In this document: positions 17,595 through 27,027 of the stretch, piece after piece | Layout of the letters: each line of letters opens with the position of its first letter | Numbering within the stretch: position 1 is the first letter of the stretch | Source: Magnetospirillum sp. | GTDB taxonomy: Bacteria; Pseudomonadota; Alphaproteobacteria; Rhodospirillales; Magnetospirillaceae | Direction: 5' to 3' | Assembly: GCA_043744055.1 (NCBI GenBank) | Contig: JAYTWE010000156.1 | Span: forward strand, 1-32,254 | Length of the DNA: 32,254 bases | Notes under the pieces: generated by a model | Database searches by the model: none | What the model was told of the DNA's origin: nothing | The model's input: only the letters and a program-made list of their open reading frames with translations | Translations under genes and position numbers: made by a program

Positions 17595-19023
17595 GGGACG
17601 GAGACCCCCGAAAGCGCATGGATACTGCGGCAAGGAGCGGACGAAGCATAAACAGACCGGCGATCAGCCCGGCGGGCAAGATGGCGGGCATGAACCGCCC
17701 CACCATATGAATGGCGCAAAGCGATAGGGTATAGCCAAAAAATATCGCCCACAGCCACAAGGCCGCCGCGGCGGTCCCTCGGGGCGGGGAGCGGAGGCTT
17801 CTCAGCGCCAGATAAACGCCTCCCAACGCCAGCACCAGCAGCATTCCATAGGCCCCGACCCGCAGCGGAATGGCGACGAGGAACAGCGCCACCGCCACCC
17901 CATCGCCACGCTGCCACGCCTCCTGGGCTCGACCGAACCCGGCAGGCACGACACGGTGCCCTATCACCGCACGGGCATAGAGGTCGGCACTATCGACCGG
18001 ATCGAAAAACTGAAAAATGATGCTGTTGTTGAAGTTGGTAAGCGTGTTCTCGATCATGGCCCCGGGATGGCGACGCCAGACCCGAAAATAAACCTGCTTG
18101 TGCATCTCGGCTGAGGCCACCGCATCCAGGCCATAGCGACTGAACAGTGCGCCGACAATCTCCAGCACTTCGGGGTATTCGTAGGTCTTCAGCGTCTCGC
18201 GGGCCACTATATCGATAGGCGTGTCACCATCAAAGACGGCATGCCCCCGCCCCGCCGCCTTAACCAACGGCTGAATCATCACGAACTGGGCGCCGGTGGT
18301 CACCAGCCAGTGGTCGGAACGGGCGTGATTCCAGGCCATGACCCCGCCGATCATACCAACGACCGGCCCCAGGAACAGCAGAACCGCCACCGCCCAACCT
18401 AGGATCGGACGTCCGATCCGCGCCCAGGGTACCAGAGCGGGCAGCACGAAGGCCAGGAAAGGCAGGCCGGTTCCGCGCACCAGACAGGAAAATGCGGCCA
18501 GCCCCCCCAACCCGAACAGGATGGCGGCACCGGCCCGCCGCCGCTCCAGCAGACCGATCAGGGGAACCGACCAGATCACGATGAATGCGCTGGAATAAAG
18601 ACTGTCGCTCAGCAGCATCTGGTCGTACAGCATACCGATGGCAGTCGCGTGCCCGGCGGCGGCCAGCAAGGCCAGGCGGCGCGATTCCAGCACCGCCAAG
18701 GCCAACCGCCAGACCAGGAGGGTAACCCCCAGCGAAGCGGCGACCTGAAACAGGATCAGAGCGTAGAGATGTTCCACCCCGCTCCCCAGCACCCCCCGAA
18801 ACCCGGCCACCACCAGGGGATAGCCCATGGAGCGGAAGATGGTCATGGGGGTGGCGCTGCTGGACAAGGCGGCATCGCTCAGCCAGTCCCGTTGTTGCAG
18901 GATGATATCCGCGAACTCGCTATAGCTGCCCCAGTCGGGCTCGGAGAGCGGCCCGAATGCAGCCAGCAGAATCAGCTTGGCGGCGGCCAGCATCACCAAC
19001 CCGCTCCACTCCACCCTATTCAT
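17587..19023 (-). CDS. Multi-pass membrane protein, probable GT-C-fold (PMT/ArnT-like) glycosyltransferase
   Basis: Many TM segments plus a large soluble loop. EPDWGSY follows TM1, with FRSMGYP, LLSDSL, LVRG and C-terminal GRFMP, as in GT-C proteins. It lies next to the GT2-GtrA gene. Confidence 0.65.
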   Translation of the reverse strand: MNRVEWSGLVMLAAAKLILLAAFGPLSEPDWGSYSEFADIILQQRDWLSDAALSSSATPMTIFRSMGYPLVVAGFRGVLGSGVEHLYALILFQVAASLGVTLLVWRLALAVLESRRLALLAAAGHATAIGMLYDQMLLSDSLYSSAFIVIWSVPLIGLLERRRAGAAILFGLGGLAAFSCLVRGTGLPFLAFVLPALVPWARIGRPILGWAVAVLLFLGPVVGMIGGVMAWNHARSDHWLVTTGAQFVMIQPLVKAAGRGHAVFDGDTPIDIVARETLKTYEYPEVLEIVGALFSRYGLDAVASAEMHKQVYFRVWRRHPGAMIENTLTNFNNSIIFQFFDPVDSADLYARAVIGHRVVPAGFGRAQEAWQRGDGVAVALFLVAIPLRVGAYGMLLVLALGGVYLALRSLRSPPRGTAAAALWLWAIFFGYTLSLCAIHMVGRFMPAILPAGLIAGLFMLRPLLAAVSMRFRGSPSHV

Positions 19024-20950
19024 GCTGTGTGATCTCCAGCCATTGCTGAAACATAAGAACATCCCACAGGGCATATTGCCCGTTCACCGTCCCGGCGAGA
19101 TGCAACCGCCACAGTTGGCGGATGGGGGCGGGATCGAAGAAGCCCTCGTGGCGTAGGCGCCGTTCGTCCAGCAGGGCCTCGGCCCAATCGCGCAGCGGGC
19201 CGCGCAACCAGGAATCGATGGGAACGCCGAACCCCATCTTGGGCCGCTCCACCAGGGCGGGCGGAACATAGCGGTGCAGAACCTGCCGCAACGCCCATTT
19301 GCCCAGGCCATGGCGGATACGCAGAGCAGGCGGGCGGGCCAGGGCAAATTCCACCACCCGGTGATCCAGCAGCGGCACCCGCGCCTCCAGCGCGACCGCC
19401 ATGCTGGCGCGGTCCACCTTGACCAGGATGTCATCGGGAAGATAGGTCAGCATATCGCGCACCTGCATCCGGGCGACAAAATCGGGCACCTCGCCGATCA
19501 GGGCGGGATCATCCACCAGGGTGCGGGGTTCATGGCCCCCGATCACCACTGGATCGGGGGCGTGCCAATGAGAGACCAGCCGCCGATAGAATTCATCGGG
19601 ACCGGCCACGGTCAAGACCTCGGCCAGCTTGTACAACCGGTCGCCGGGATGGGAGGGTCGCAACCGCCCCGGCACCACCTTGAACGCCAGATCCCAGGCC
19701 GAGGACGGCACTGCCTTCACAGCACCGGCCGCCAGCCGCCGCAGCCACAGCGGCACCGCGCCCAAGGCGCCACCAAAACGCCGCGCCACGGTATAGCGGG
19801 TATAGCCCGCGAACAGCTCGTCCCCGCCATCACCCGACAGGGCCACCGTCACATGCCGCCGCGCCAGCTCCGACACCAGCAGAGTGGGAATCTGAGACGA
19901 ATCGCCGAACGGCTCGTCGTAATGGCGCGCCAGACCCGGAATGACCTCCAAGGCGTGGCGCGGTTCCACCATCAGCTCGGTATGGTCGGTACCAAGGTGG
20001 CGGGCTACCGCGCGGGCGTGGGGGGATTCGTCATAGGAGGCTTCGGAGAACCCGATGGAAAACGTACGGATTGGGCGACTGCTTTGGGCCTGCATCAGCG
20101 CCACCACCAATGAAGAGTCGATCCCTCCCGACAGAAACGCCCCCAAAGGCACATCCGACACCATGTGGCGCCCAACCGCATCGCGCAGCAGGGCATCAAG
20201 CTGCTCCACCTCCTCGGCGGCACTGAGAGGGTGGTGCTCTCCCTGTGCCAACCGGCGCAAGTCCCAATAGGTGGCGATGGCTGGTTCGCTCCCCGGACTC
20301 CAGGACAAGATACAGCCGGGCCGCAATTTATGAACGCCCTGCCAGATGCTGCGCGGCGCGGGTACATAGCAAAAACGCAGATAGACCGCCAGGGAATCCC
20401 GGTCCACCTCACCCCGCCAGGCGGGATGAACCCGCAGGGTTTTCAGTTCCGAACCGAACAGCAGCACGCCGCCCTGAAGCGACCAGTACAGCGGCTTGAT
20501 CCCCATGCGGTCGCGGGCCAGCCACAGGCGCCGAGCCAAACGGTCCCACAGGGCGAAAGCGAACATGCCCATCAGCCGGGTCACCGCCTGCTCTATCCCC
20601 CACAGGGCGCAGGCCTCGACGATCACCTCGGTATCGGAATGGCCCCGAAATACCAGACCGGCGGCTTCCAGCTCGCGGCGCAATTCCGGGCAATTATAGA
20701 TCTCGCCGTTATAGGTGATGACCAGACGGCCACAGGCTGATTCCATGGGCTGATGCCCGGCGGGCGACAGATCCACCACCGCCAACCGCCGATGGCCCAG
20801 GCAGATTCCCGCCTCGACATCGCTCCACAGCCCTCTTCCGTCGGGACCGCGATGAGCCAGCGCCTCGGTCATGGCGGCACCCACCGCCCGCAATTGGGCA
20901 TCACCGGGATGATACGCAGTGCCATGGACAAAACCAGCGATACCGCACAT
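19016..20950 (-). CDS. asnB: Asparagine synthase (glutamine-hydrolysing)-family amidotransferase, glycan-associated, copy 2
   Basis: MCGIAGF at 20950, HRGPD, HRRLAVVDLSPAGHQPM, YNGEIYN, FLSGGIDSS, SGDGGDELFAGY and YLPDDILVKVDRASMAVALEARVPLLD. Confidence 0.94.
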   Translation of the reverse strand: MCGIAGFVHGTAYHPGDAQLRAVGAAMTEALAHRGPDGRGLWSDVEAGICLGHRRLAVVDLSPAGHQPMESACGRLVITYNGEIYNCPELRRELEAAGLVFRGHSDTEVIVEACALWGIEQAVTRLMGMFAFALWDRLARRLWLARDRMGIKPLYWSLQGGVLLFGSELKTLRVHPAWRGEVDRDSLAVYLRFCYVPAPRSIWQGVHKLRPGCILSWSPGSEPAIATYWDLRRLAQGEHHPLSAAEEVEQLDALLRDAVGRHMVSDVPLGAFLSGGIDSSLVVALMQAQSSRPIRTFSIGFSEASYDESPHARAVARHLGTDHTELMVEPRHALEVIPGLARHYDEPFGDSSQIPTLLVSELARRHVTVALSGDGGDELFAGYTRYTVARRFGGALGAVPLWLRRLAAGAVKAVPSSAWDLAFKVVPGRLRPSHPGDRLYKLAEVLTVAGPDEFYRRLVSHWHAPDPVVIGGHEPRTLVDDPALIGEVPDFVARMQVRDMLTYLPDDILVKVDRASMAVALEARVPLLDHRVVEFALARPPALRIRHGLGKWALRQVLHRYVPPALVERPKMGFGVPIDSWLRGPLRDWAEALLDERRLRHEGFFDPAPIRQLWRLHLAGTVNGQYALWDVLMFQQWLEITQHE

Positions 20951-21073
20951 GGCTAGGCCCCGCTGGCAGGAGCGGCCCAGACGACCCAACGCCAGTTCGC
21001 CTCAAACGGCAGCACCGCTGCCGGATAAGTTGGAATGGCTTTCGGTCGCCCGGTCCAGAATCGACATGCCACC

Positions 21074-22198
21074 CTATACCATCCATTTTTGAGGATCAAC
21101 CCGCCCGAACGGGGCATGAATGCGTCCCACAACGTAGCCTAATGGCAACAGCGCCACGATAAACCCGACATAGGTCATCGTCAGCGCCCGACGCCAAAGG
21201 CGATAAAGGGGGGAGGCCTGGACAGTGGCGTCGAGCGGCTCGGGTGATTTCCCTCTGGTGTCGGCCAGTGCCGTGAAATTAGTCATCCCCAGGGCGTTGA
21301 CCGTGAACCGATGTCCACAGATCGTTCCACCACCTTCATCTTTCAACCCAACGCGGCAAATCGGGCAGACGGACACAGGTTCACCCTTTGTGACGACGGA
21401 TGCCCTTCCAGGCTTGCGCAGCCGAAATTTCACCCGATCACAGATTAACCAATTAATAACCGGTAGAACCCGCAACGGTTCCAGCATGCGACTCAGTGCG
21501 GGCATCCAGGCGGCAGGCAACACATAAGTCTGTAATTCCAGCGCAGCTCCATCGAAAATCTGAGCCTCCACCTCGAACCCCGCCGAGATGAATTGACGGC
21601 GCCAGAACGACGGCGGCCTCACATGGTCGCTACCGACCGGAGCACCGCGCCGACCTCGTAACCGCGCCAGACGTTGACGCAGATGCTCGATACACAGGCT
21701 GCCGCCGTTGGGCGTGGCGATAACGCAGACACCACCCGGCATTAAAACGCGATGGAATTCACCCAGCGCAATCGCGGGGTCTTCCAAATGTTCAATCACT
21801 TCGTGGGAGGACAGAAAGTCAAACGAGCCCTCGGCGAAAGGGAGCGCTTCCAGAGCAGCATGGTGGAAAGTGACACCAGCATTGCCCGGCCTCGCCACCG
21901 CCTCTGTTAACGCCACCTCGGAGAGATCAACGCCATGCACGGAGAGATCAGGCGAAACTCGCCTAAAATTTGTGGTTTCCACACCAGTACCGCAGCCAGC
22001 GTCGAGTAGACGCCCACGGCTCTGAGGAGGGAACCTGAAAAGCCGGTAGAAATCATCCCGGATCAGGCTGCTATAGCCGCAGGTCCCCAGCATTACTAGG
22101 TTGTCAAGATAACGGATATGGGTCGTCAAGTCGCGATGAAGGGCCTCGCTTTGGGCGCGATGCTCCGAAATTCTGCCATTTGATATGGAATTACTCAT
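21074..22198 (-). CDS. Class I SAM-dependent methyltransferase with C-terminal Cys-rich segment and membrane anchor
   Basis: LLDAGCGTG, HGVDLS, LPFAEGSFD...HEVIEHL and RVLMPGG..VIATPN, followed by CPIC...ICGHRF and hydrophobic MTYVGFIVALLPLGYVVG. Confidence 0.82.
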   Translation of the reverse strand: MSNSISNGRISEHRAQSEALHRDLTTHIRYLDNLVMLGTCGYSSLIRDDFYRLFRFPPQSRGRLLDAGCGTGVETTNFRRVSPDLSVHGVDLSEVALTEAVARPGNAGVTFHHAALEALPFAEGSFDFLSSHEVIEHLEDPAIALGEFHRVLMPGGVCVIATPNGGSLCIEHLRQRLARLRGRRGAPVGSDHVRPPSFWRRQFISAGFEVEAQIFDGAALELQTYVLPAAWMPALSRMLEPLRVLPVINWLICDRVKFRLRKPGRASVVTKGEPVSVCPICRVGLKDEGGGTICGHRFTVNALGMTNFTALADTRGKSPEPLDATVQASPLYRLWRRALTMTYVGFIVALLPLGYVVGRIHAPFGRVDPQKWMV

Positions 22199-22201
22199 AT
22201 A

Positions 22202-23167
22202 TCAACCCCGAGCCCGATCAGCGTCCCGCCACAGGGATTCTACCGCCGCAACTACAGTTTCAACCTTAAGATCGCGCATCATGCAATCCTGGCTACGGTA
22301 GTCATAATCGGGCGCGTGGCAGATATCTTCAAAGCTGCGCGGCCCCCTGATACTGGCGCAATGCTCACCCCAGGGACCGTAGAAGACTTCGGAACTGGGA
22401 CCAAACAGCCCCAGAGTGGGAATTCCGCTGGCGGCGGCCATATGCATCAGCCCGGAATCATTACCGATATAAAGACTGCAACGGCGTAGGCAAGCCACGG
22501 CGGTGGCCAGATCCACCGCCCCCACCAGATCAATCAACCGGTCAGAGGGAACCGCCGACAGCACCGGTAAAACCGCCGGACGCTCGGAGGGGGAGGCGAA
22601 CACCGCCAGCCGGGCACCGGGCAGAACGCCGTCGGGGGCAGTCAGTCGGGCGATAACGGCGGCGAAGCACTCGGGCGGCCATTGTTTGGCACCCCAATTG
22701 GCACCGGGGCCGACGGCAATCACCGGAGGGCCGGGAGCAATCAGGGTCTGTGCAGCCTCATCCTGCTCGGGCCGCGTCCACAGCCGGGGCGACAGGGGGG
22801 GGTGCTGCGCTCCCAGCACAAGCGACAGATGGACCACACGGTGACGCGGCTCCCAGGACGAAATGGCCACCCGGCGCCGCAGAGTTGGCACCGCGTAGGC
22901 CATGGCCGAGCCGCGCAGATCCACCACCATATGCCAATACTGACCTACGGTGGCCCGCCACAGGTCAAGCCAGTGACCGGCACGGCGGCGCTTGACCATG
23001 GGGATCACCCGCTCGACAAAGGGCGCGGCGGCGAAGAGATCGGCAGCGGCGGCCCCGCAGGCAACGGTGAAACGGGCCGCCGGATAGGTGGCGGCAAGAT
23101 GGGCCAGCAGCCCTGCGGACAACACCGCGTCGCCAATCCGGCTGGCGGTGATAAACAGGATTTTCAC
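22202..23167 (-). CDS. Glycosyltransferase family 9 (ADP-heptose:LPS heptosyltransferase-like)
   Basis: KILFITASRIGDAVLS, GPGANWGAKQWP and YIGNDSGLMHMAAASGIPTLGLFGP. GTG start just after the upstream stop. Confidence 0.9.
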   Translation of the reverse strand: MKILFITASRIGDAVLSAGLLAHLAATYPAARFTVACGAAAADLFAAAPFVERVIPMVKRRRAGHWLDLWRATVGQYWHMVVDLRGSAMAYAVPTLRRRVAISSWEPRHRVVHLSLVLGAQHPPLSPRLWTRPEQDEAAQTLIAPGPPVIAVGPGANWGAKQWPPECFAAVIARLTAPDGVLPGARLAVFASPSERPAVLPVLSAVPSDRLIDLVGAVDLATAVACLRRCSLYIGNDSGLMHMAAASGIPTLGLFGPSSEVFYGPWGEHCASIRGPRSFEDICHAPDYDYRSQDCMMRDLKVETVVAAVESLWRDADRARG

Positions 23168-23171
23168 CGCG

Positions 23172-24440
23172 TCACAGCCGCCACAGGCGAAGTCCCCGGG
23201 GCAGGGTGCGCCCGCGCCAGAGCGCCTTAACATCGGCCACCAGCCCGCCCGGCTTCAGCAGAACCTCGAAGGTCTCGTCGGGGAAGGCGAGATAGGAAGC
23301 ATGGGGCACGGCGCCGATGATGCAATCATAGCCACCCAAACCGTCGAGGCTGGGTATCAAAGTCTCCCCATATTCATGGGCTGCCTCGGCCGGGTCGGCA
23401 TGGGGGTCGTGAACATCCACGGTCAGCCCCTGGTCGCGCAGACCCCGGATCACATCCACCACCTTGCTGTTGCGCAAGTCGGGGACGTTTTCCTTGAAGG
23501 TCAGTCCCAGAATCAAAATCCGGGCGCCGGGATCGACCAGACCACCGATTTGAGACGCAATCCAAGGCCCCATACCATCATTAATCCGACGACCGGCCAG
23601 GATGATCTCTGGGTGATAGCCGTTATCCTGGGCACAGCGAGCCAAATAGAACGGATCCACGCCGATGCAGTGGCCTCCGACCAGACCGGGCTTGAAATTC
23701 AGGAAGTTCCACTTGGTGGCCGATGCGTCCAGCACGTCATAGACCGAAATGCCGATCTTCTGGAAGATCAGGGTGATTTCGTTGATGAAGGCGATATTGA
23801 TATCGCGCTGGGCGTTCTCGATCACCTTGGCGGCCTCGGCGACCTTGATGGAGGCCGCCTCGAACACGCCGCCGCTGGTCACCGATCCATAAATACCGGC
23901 CAGCAAAGCGGTCACCGCCGGAGTCTGTCCGGCCACCACTTTGGTAATGCGGTCCACGGTATGCTCGCGGTCGCCGGGATTGATGCGTTCCGGGCTGTAG
24001 CCCAGGAAGAAATCGACGCCACAGGTCAGGCCCGACGCCCGTTCCAAGGCAGGACCGCAGATATCCTCGGTGACGCCGGGATAGACGGTGCTTTCGAACA
24101 CCACCACCGCACCCTTGGCCATGACCGACCCCACCAGATTACAAGCCGACAGCACGGGCCGCAGATCGGGTTCGTTGGCAGCATCCACCGGAGTGGGCAC
24201 CGTAACGATGAAGACATCGGCTCCCCGGATATCCTCGGACGCGGCACTCAGTTTGATGGTGCTGGCGCGTAGCCGGGACGCATCCACTTCGCCGGTCCGG
24301 TCGAAGCCCCCGTGCAACTCGTCGATGCGCGGCTGAGAAATATCAAATCCGACCGCCGGATAATGACGGGCAATGGCCACGGCAAGCGGCAGCCCCACAT
24401 AGCCGAGGCCGATAATGCCGATCTTAGGGGACTTGATCAT
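23172..24440 (-). CDS. Nucleotide-sugar C6 dehydrogenase (TviB/WbpO-like UDP-HexNAc dehydrogenase)
   Basis: IIGLGYVGLPLA, VPTPVD, FESTVYPG, YSPERINPGD, AAKVIENAQRDINIAF, PGLVGGHCIGVDP and GLTFKENVPDLRNSKV. Confidence 0.93.
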   Translation of the reverse strand: MIKSPKIGIIGLGYVGLPLAVAIARHYPAVGFDISQPRIDELHGGFDRTGEVDASRLRASTIKLSAASEDIRGADVFIVTVPTPVDAANEPDLRPVLSACNLVGSVMAKGAVVVFESTVYPGVTEDICGPALERASGLTCGVDFFLGYSPERINPGDREHTVDRITKVVAGQTPAVTALLAGIYGSVTSGGVFEAASIKVAEAAKVIENAQRDINIAFINEITLIFQKIGISVYDVLDASATKWNFLNFKPGLVGGHCIGVDPFYLARCAQDNGYHPEIILAGRRINDGMGPWIASQIGGLVDPGARILILGLTFKENVPDLRNSKVVDVIRGLRDQGLTVDVHDPHADPAEAAHEYGETLIPSLDGLGGYDCIIGAVPHASYLAFPDETFEVLLKPGGLVADVKALWRGRTLPRGLRLWRL

Positions 24441-24616
24441 GAAATGCTCTCGAAGCACGGGACGGGACCTTATTTCATCCGTCACCCGATTAAAGTCAAG
24501 AAACTCGGTCAAACCCAGCGTGAATAGCCCACCCAAGAACGCAGTTGACGAATGAGGTTTGGCGGAAGATTTTGGCGTACCTTTCGCCAAAGCGGGCGAA
24601 ATGGCGGGAGATGGAC

Positions 24617-25753
24617 ATGACCGATCGGCCCAAGATCATATTCCTGGTTACGGAGAGCTGGTATTTCGTGTCACATCGTCTGCCCATCGCCCTGGCGTGT
24701 CTGTCCAAAGGCTGGGAAGTCGTGGTGGTCACCCGAGTTCAGAGTAATAATGACATCACCACCGACGGCATCCGAGTCATTCCCATCCACATACGCCGGT
24801 CGAGCCGCAATCCATTTCTGGAACTCCTTTCCCTGGTGGAGATCTTCACCATCTTCCGAAGGGAAAAGCCCGACATCATTCATTCCGTTGGATTGAAGCC
24901 GGTTCTGTACGGCGCCACGGTCGGCCTGCTGACCAAGGCTCCCCGCACCATCAACGCCCTAGCGGGGATGGGCTACATCTTCATGTCGGGGCGACTGCGC
25001 ATCAGGATGATCCGCAAGATCATCGTCTTGTGGCTACGCTTTGTTTTGCGCCGCCGGTCCGCTTGGCTGATCCTTCAGAACGACGACGATGTGGCAATGC
25101 TCAGTCGGTCAGGTGTGGCCTATCTCGACCACATCGCGCTGATTCGCGGCTCCGGAGTCGATCTCGACCATTTCCGCCCGATGCCGGAACCATCAGGCCC
25201 GGTGGTCTTCGCCCTGGTCAGCCGGATGCTGGCCGATAAGGGCGTCCGAGAATTGATTTGTGCTGCGCGCGAATTGAAGCGCCAGGGGCTCCTCATCCGG
25301 GTCTGGCTGGTGGGCGCTCCCGACCCGGATAATCCCACATCGCTCACCGAGCGAGACCTCCAGGCTTGGCACGAGGAAGAAGTCATCGAATGGCTAGGCC
25401 CCCGTGACGATATTCGCGCCATCTGGGAACAGGCCCATGTCTGCGTGCTTCCCTCCTATCGCGAGGGGCTTCCCAAGGCGCTGCTGGAGGCCGCTGCCTG
25501 TAGCCGTCCCCTGATTACCACCGATGTCCCGGGCTGCCGAGAAGTGGTTCGCAATGACGTCGAAGGACTTCTGGTACCGCCCAATGATTGGGGCGCTCTA
25601 GCCAGGGCGATGTCGACTCTGGCGAAATCCCCCGAGCTGCGGGCCAGAATGGGCGGCGCGGCGCGGCACCATGCCGAGGAAATGTTCAGCATCGAGAAGA
25701 CCGTGGACCTGACCCTGGACGTTTACCAGACAGCATTGGCGTCCAAGCAATGA
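24617..25753 (+). CDS. Glycosyltransferase family 4 (CapM-like)
   Basis: YFVSHRLP, QNDDD, IRGSGVD, SRMLADKG and LPSYREGLPKALLEAAACSRPLITTDVPGCRE. GGGAG RBS before ATG 24617. Confidence 0.92.
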   Translation: MTDRPKIIFLVTESWYFVSHRLPIALACLSKGWEVVVVTRVQSNNDITTDGIRVIPIHIRRSSRNPFLELLSLVEIFTIFRREKPDIIHSVGLKPVLYGATVGLLTKAPRTINALAGMGYIFMSGRLRIRMIRKIIVLWLRFVLRRRSAWLILQNDDDVAMLSRSGVAYLDHIALIRGSGVDLDHFRPMPEPSGPVVFALVSRMLADKGVRELICAARELKRQGLLIRVWLVGAPDPDNPTSLTERDLQAWHEEEVIEWLGPRDDIRAIWEQAHVCVLPSYREGLPKALLEAAACSRPLITTDVPGCREVVRNDVEGLLVPPNDWGALARAMSTLAKSPELRARMGGAARHHAEEMFSIEKTVDLTLDVYQTALASKQ

Positions 25754-27027
25754 AAATCCTGTTTCTATCCGATAATTTCCCACCCGAGACCAACGCCGCC
25801 GCCACGCGGGTCCATGAACGCGCGCTATACTGGGCCAAATGGGGACACGAGGTCACCGTGATCACCTCATTCCCCAACTTCCCCCAAGGCGCCGTCTACC
25901 CCGGCTATAAAAATAAGGGGTACTCCGTCGAAAATAAGGACGGGATTCGGGTGGTGCGGGTCCAGACGTTCATCGCGGCCAATCGCGGCACATTGCTACG
26001 ATCGCTGGATTTTCTCAGCTTTCTCTTCGCCGCCTTGCCTACGGCCCTGATCCAGCCGCATTTTGACGTGGTGGTTGCCACTTCACCACAATTCTTCTCC
26101 GCCGTGGCTGGTTGGCTAATTGGCCTCCTTCGCCGGACCCCCTTCGTCTTCGAACTGGGTGATATTTGGCCCGCCTCCATTATTGGTGTCGGCGTCATGC
26201 GGCGCAATATCGGCCTAATCGCTCTGGAAAGGATCGAGCTGTTTCTCTACCGCCGGTCAGCCTGTGTCGCCGCCCTGACCAATGCCTTCAAGGCCAATCT
26301 GGTCAGCCGGGGCATCAATCCCGATAAGATCGCCGTGGTCCGCAACGGCGTCGATCTATTCCGCTACACCCCGCGCGAGCGCGACACCGAATTGGCGCAA
26401 TCTTGGGGATTGACTGATCGTTTCGTGGTCGGTTACGTCGGAACCCACGGCATGGCCCACAATCTGATCAATGTGATCGAAGCGGCCGAGCGGCTACGTC
26501 ACCGTCCCGATATCTGCTTCCTGCTGGTGGGGGACGGGGCCGAGCGCCCCATGCTGGTCGAAAATGCCAAGCGGCGCGGCCTGACCAATATCGTGCTTCA
26601 AGGAGCACACCCCAAGGAGATGATGCCGCAGATCTGGAGCCTGTGTGACGTCGCCTTGGTCCATCTGAAGAACTCTCCGGTTTTCGCTGAGGTCATCCCG
26701 TCCAAAATCTTCGAAGCCATGGGTATGGGCCTGCCCGTCCTATTGGCCTCGCCACCCGGCGAGGCCCAAGAGATCGTCTTGAAAGATCGGGCCGGATTAT
26801 GGGTCCCCCCCGGCCAGCCGGATGCATTGGCCGATGCCGTGCTTCGGCTGAAAGACACTCCCGGCCTACGAGCCGAACTGGCAACCGCCAGCCATCTGGT
26901 CAGTAAACTCCATTCCCGCCGAGCCCAAGCCACGGAAATGCTCCAGGTCCTGGAAATCGCCGCTGCTGGCTGGGGACATCAAGTCGGTCAGAATATCTGG
27001 TCCTCGCCCCCGCAAGTCGACCCTTGA
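25750..27027 (+). CDS. Glycosyltransferase family 4 (WbuB-like)
   Basis: MKILFLSDNFPPE, PNFPQG, ATSPQFF, DIWPASI, YVGTHGMAH and IPSKIFEAMGMGLP. ATGA overlap at 25750. Confidence 0.92.
   Translation: MKILFLSDNFPPETNAAATRVHERALYWAKWGHEVTVITSFPNFPQGAVYPGYKNKGYSVENKDGIRVVRVQTFIAANRGTLLRSLDFLSFLFAALPTALIQPHFDVVVATSPQFFSAVAGWLIGLLRRTPFVFELGDIWPASIIGVGVMRRNIGLIALERIELFLYRRSACVAALTNAFKANLVSRGINPDKIAVVRNGVDLFRYTPRERDTELAQSWGLTDRFVVGYVGTHGMAHNLINVIEAAERLRHRPDICFLLVGDGAERPMLVENAKRRGLTNIVLQGAHPKEMMPQIWSLCDVALVHLKNSPVFAEVIPSKIFEAMGMGLPVLLASPPGEAQEIVLKDRAGLWVPPGQPDALADAVLRLKDTPGLRAELATASHLVSKLHSRRAQATEMLQVLEIAAAGWGHQVGQNIWSSPPQVDP

Noticed and set aside
13712-20950. AsnB pair as lasso-peptide cyclases or a RiPP cluster
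   Set aside because: Both keep an intact N-terminal Cys glutaminase domain, no precursor peptide, B protein or RRE gene is visible, and the context is glycan biosynthesis.
14189-24272. Long + strand ORFs (14189-15358, 16000-17085, 19274-20113, 23088-24272)
   Set aside because: They are antisense shadows of asnB, GT2-GtrA and the dehydrogenase, with no independent coding signal.
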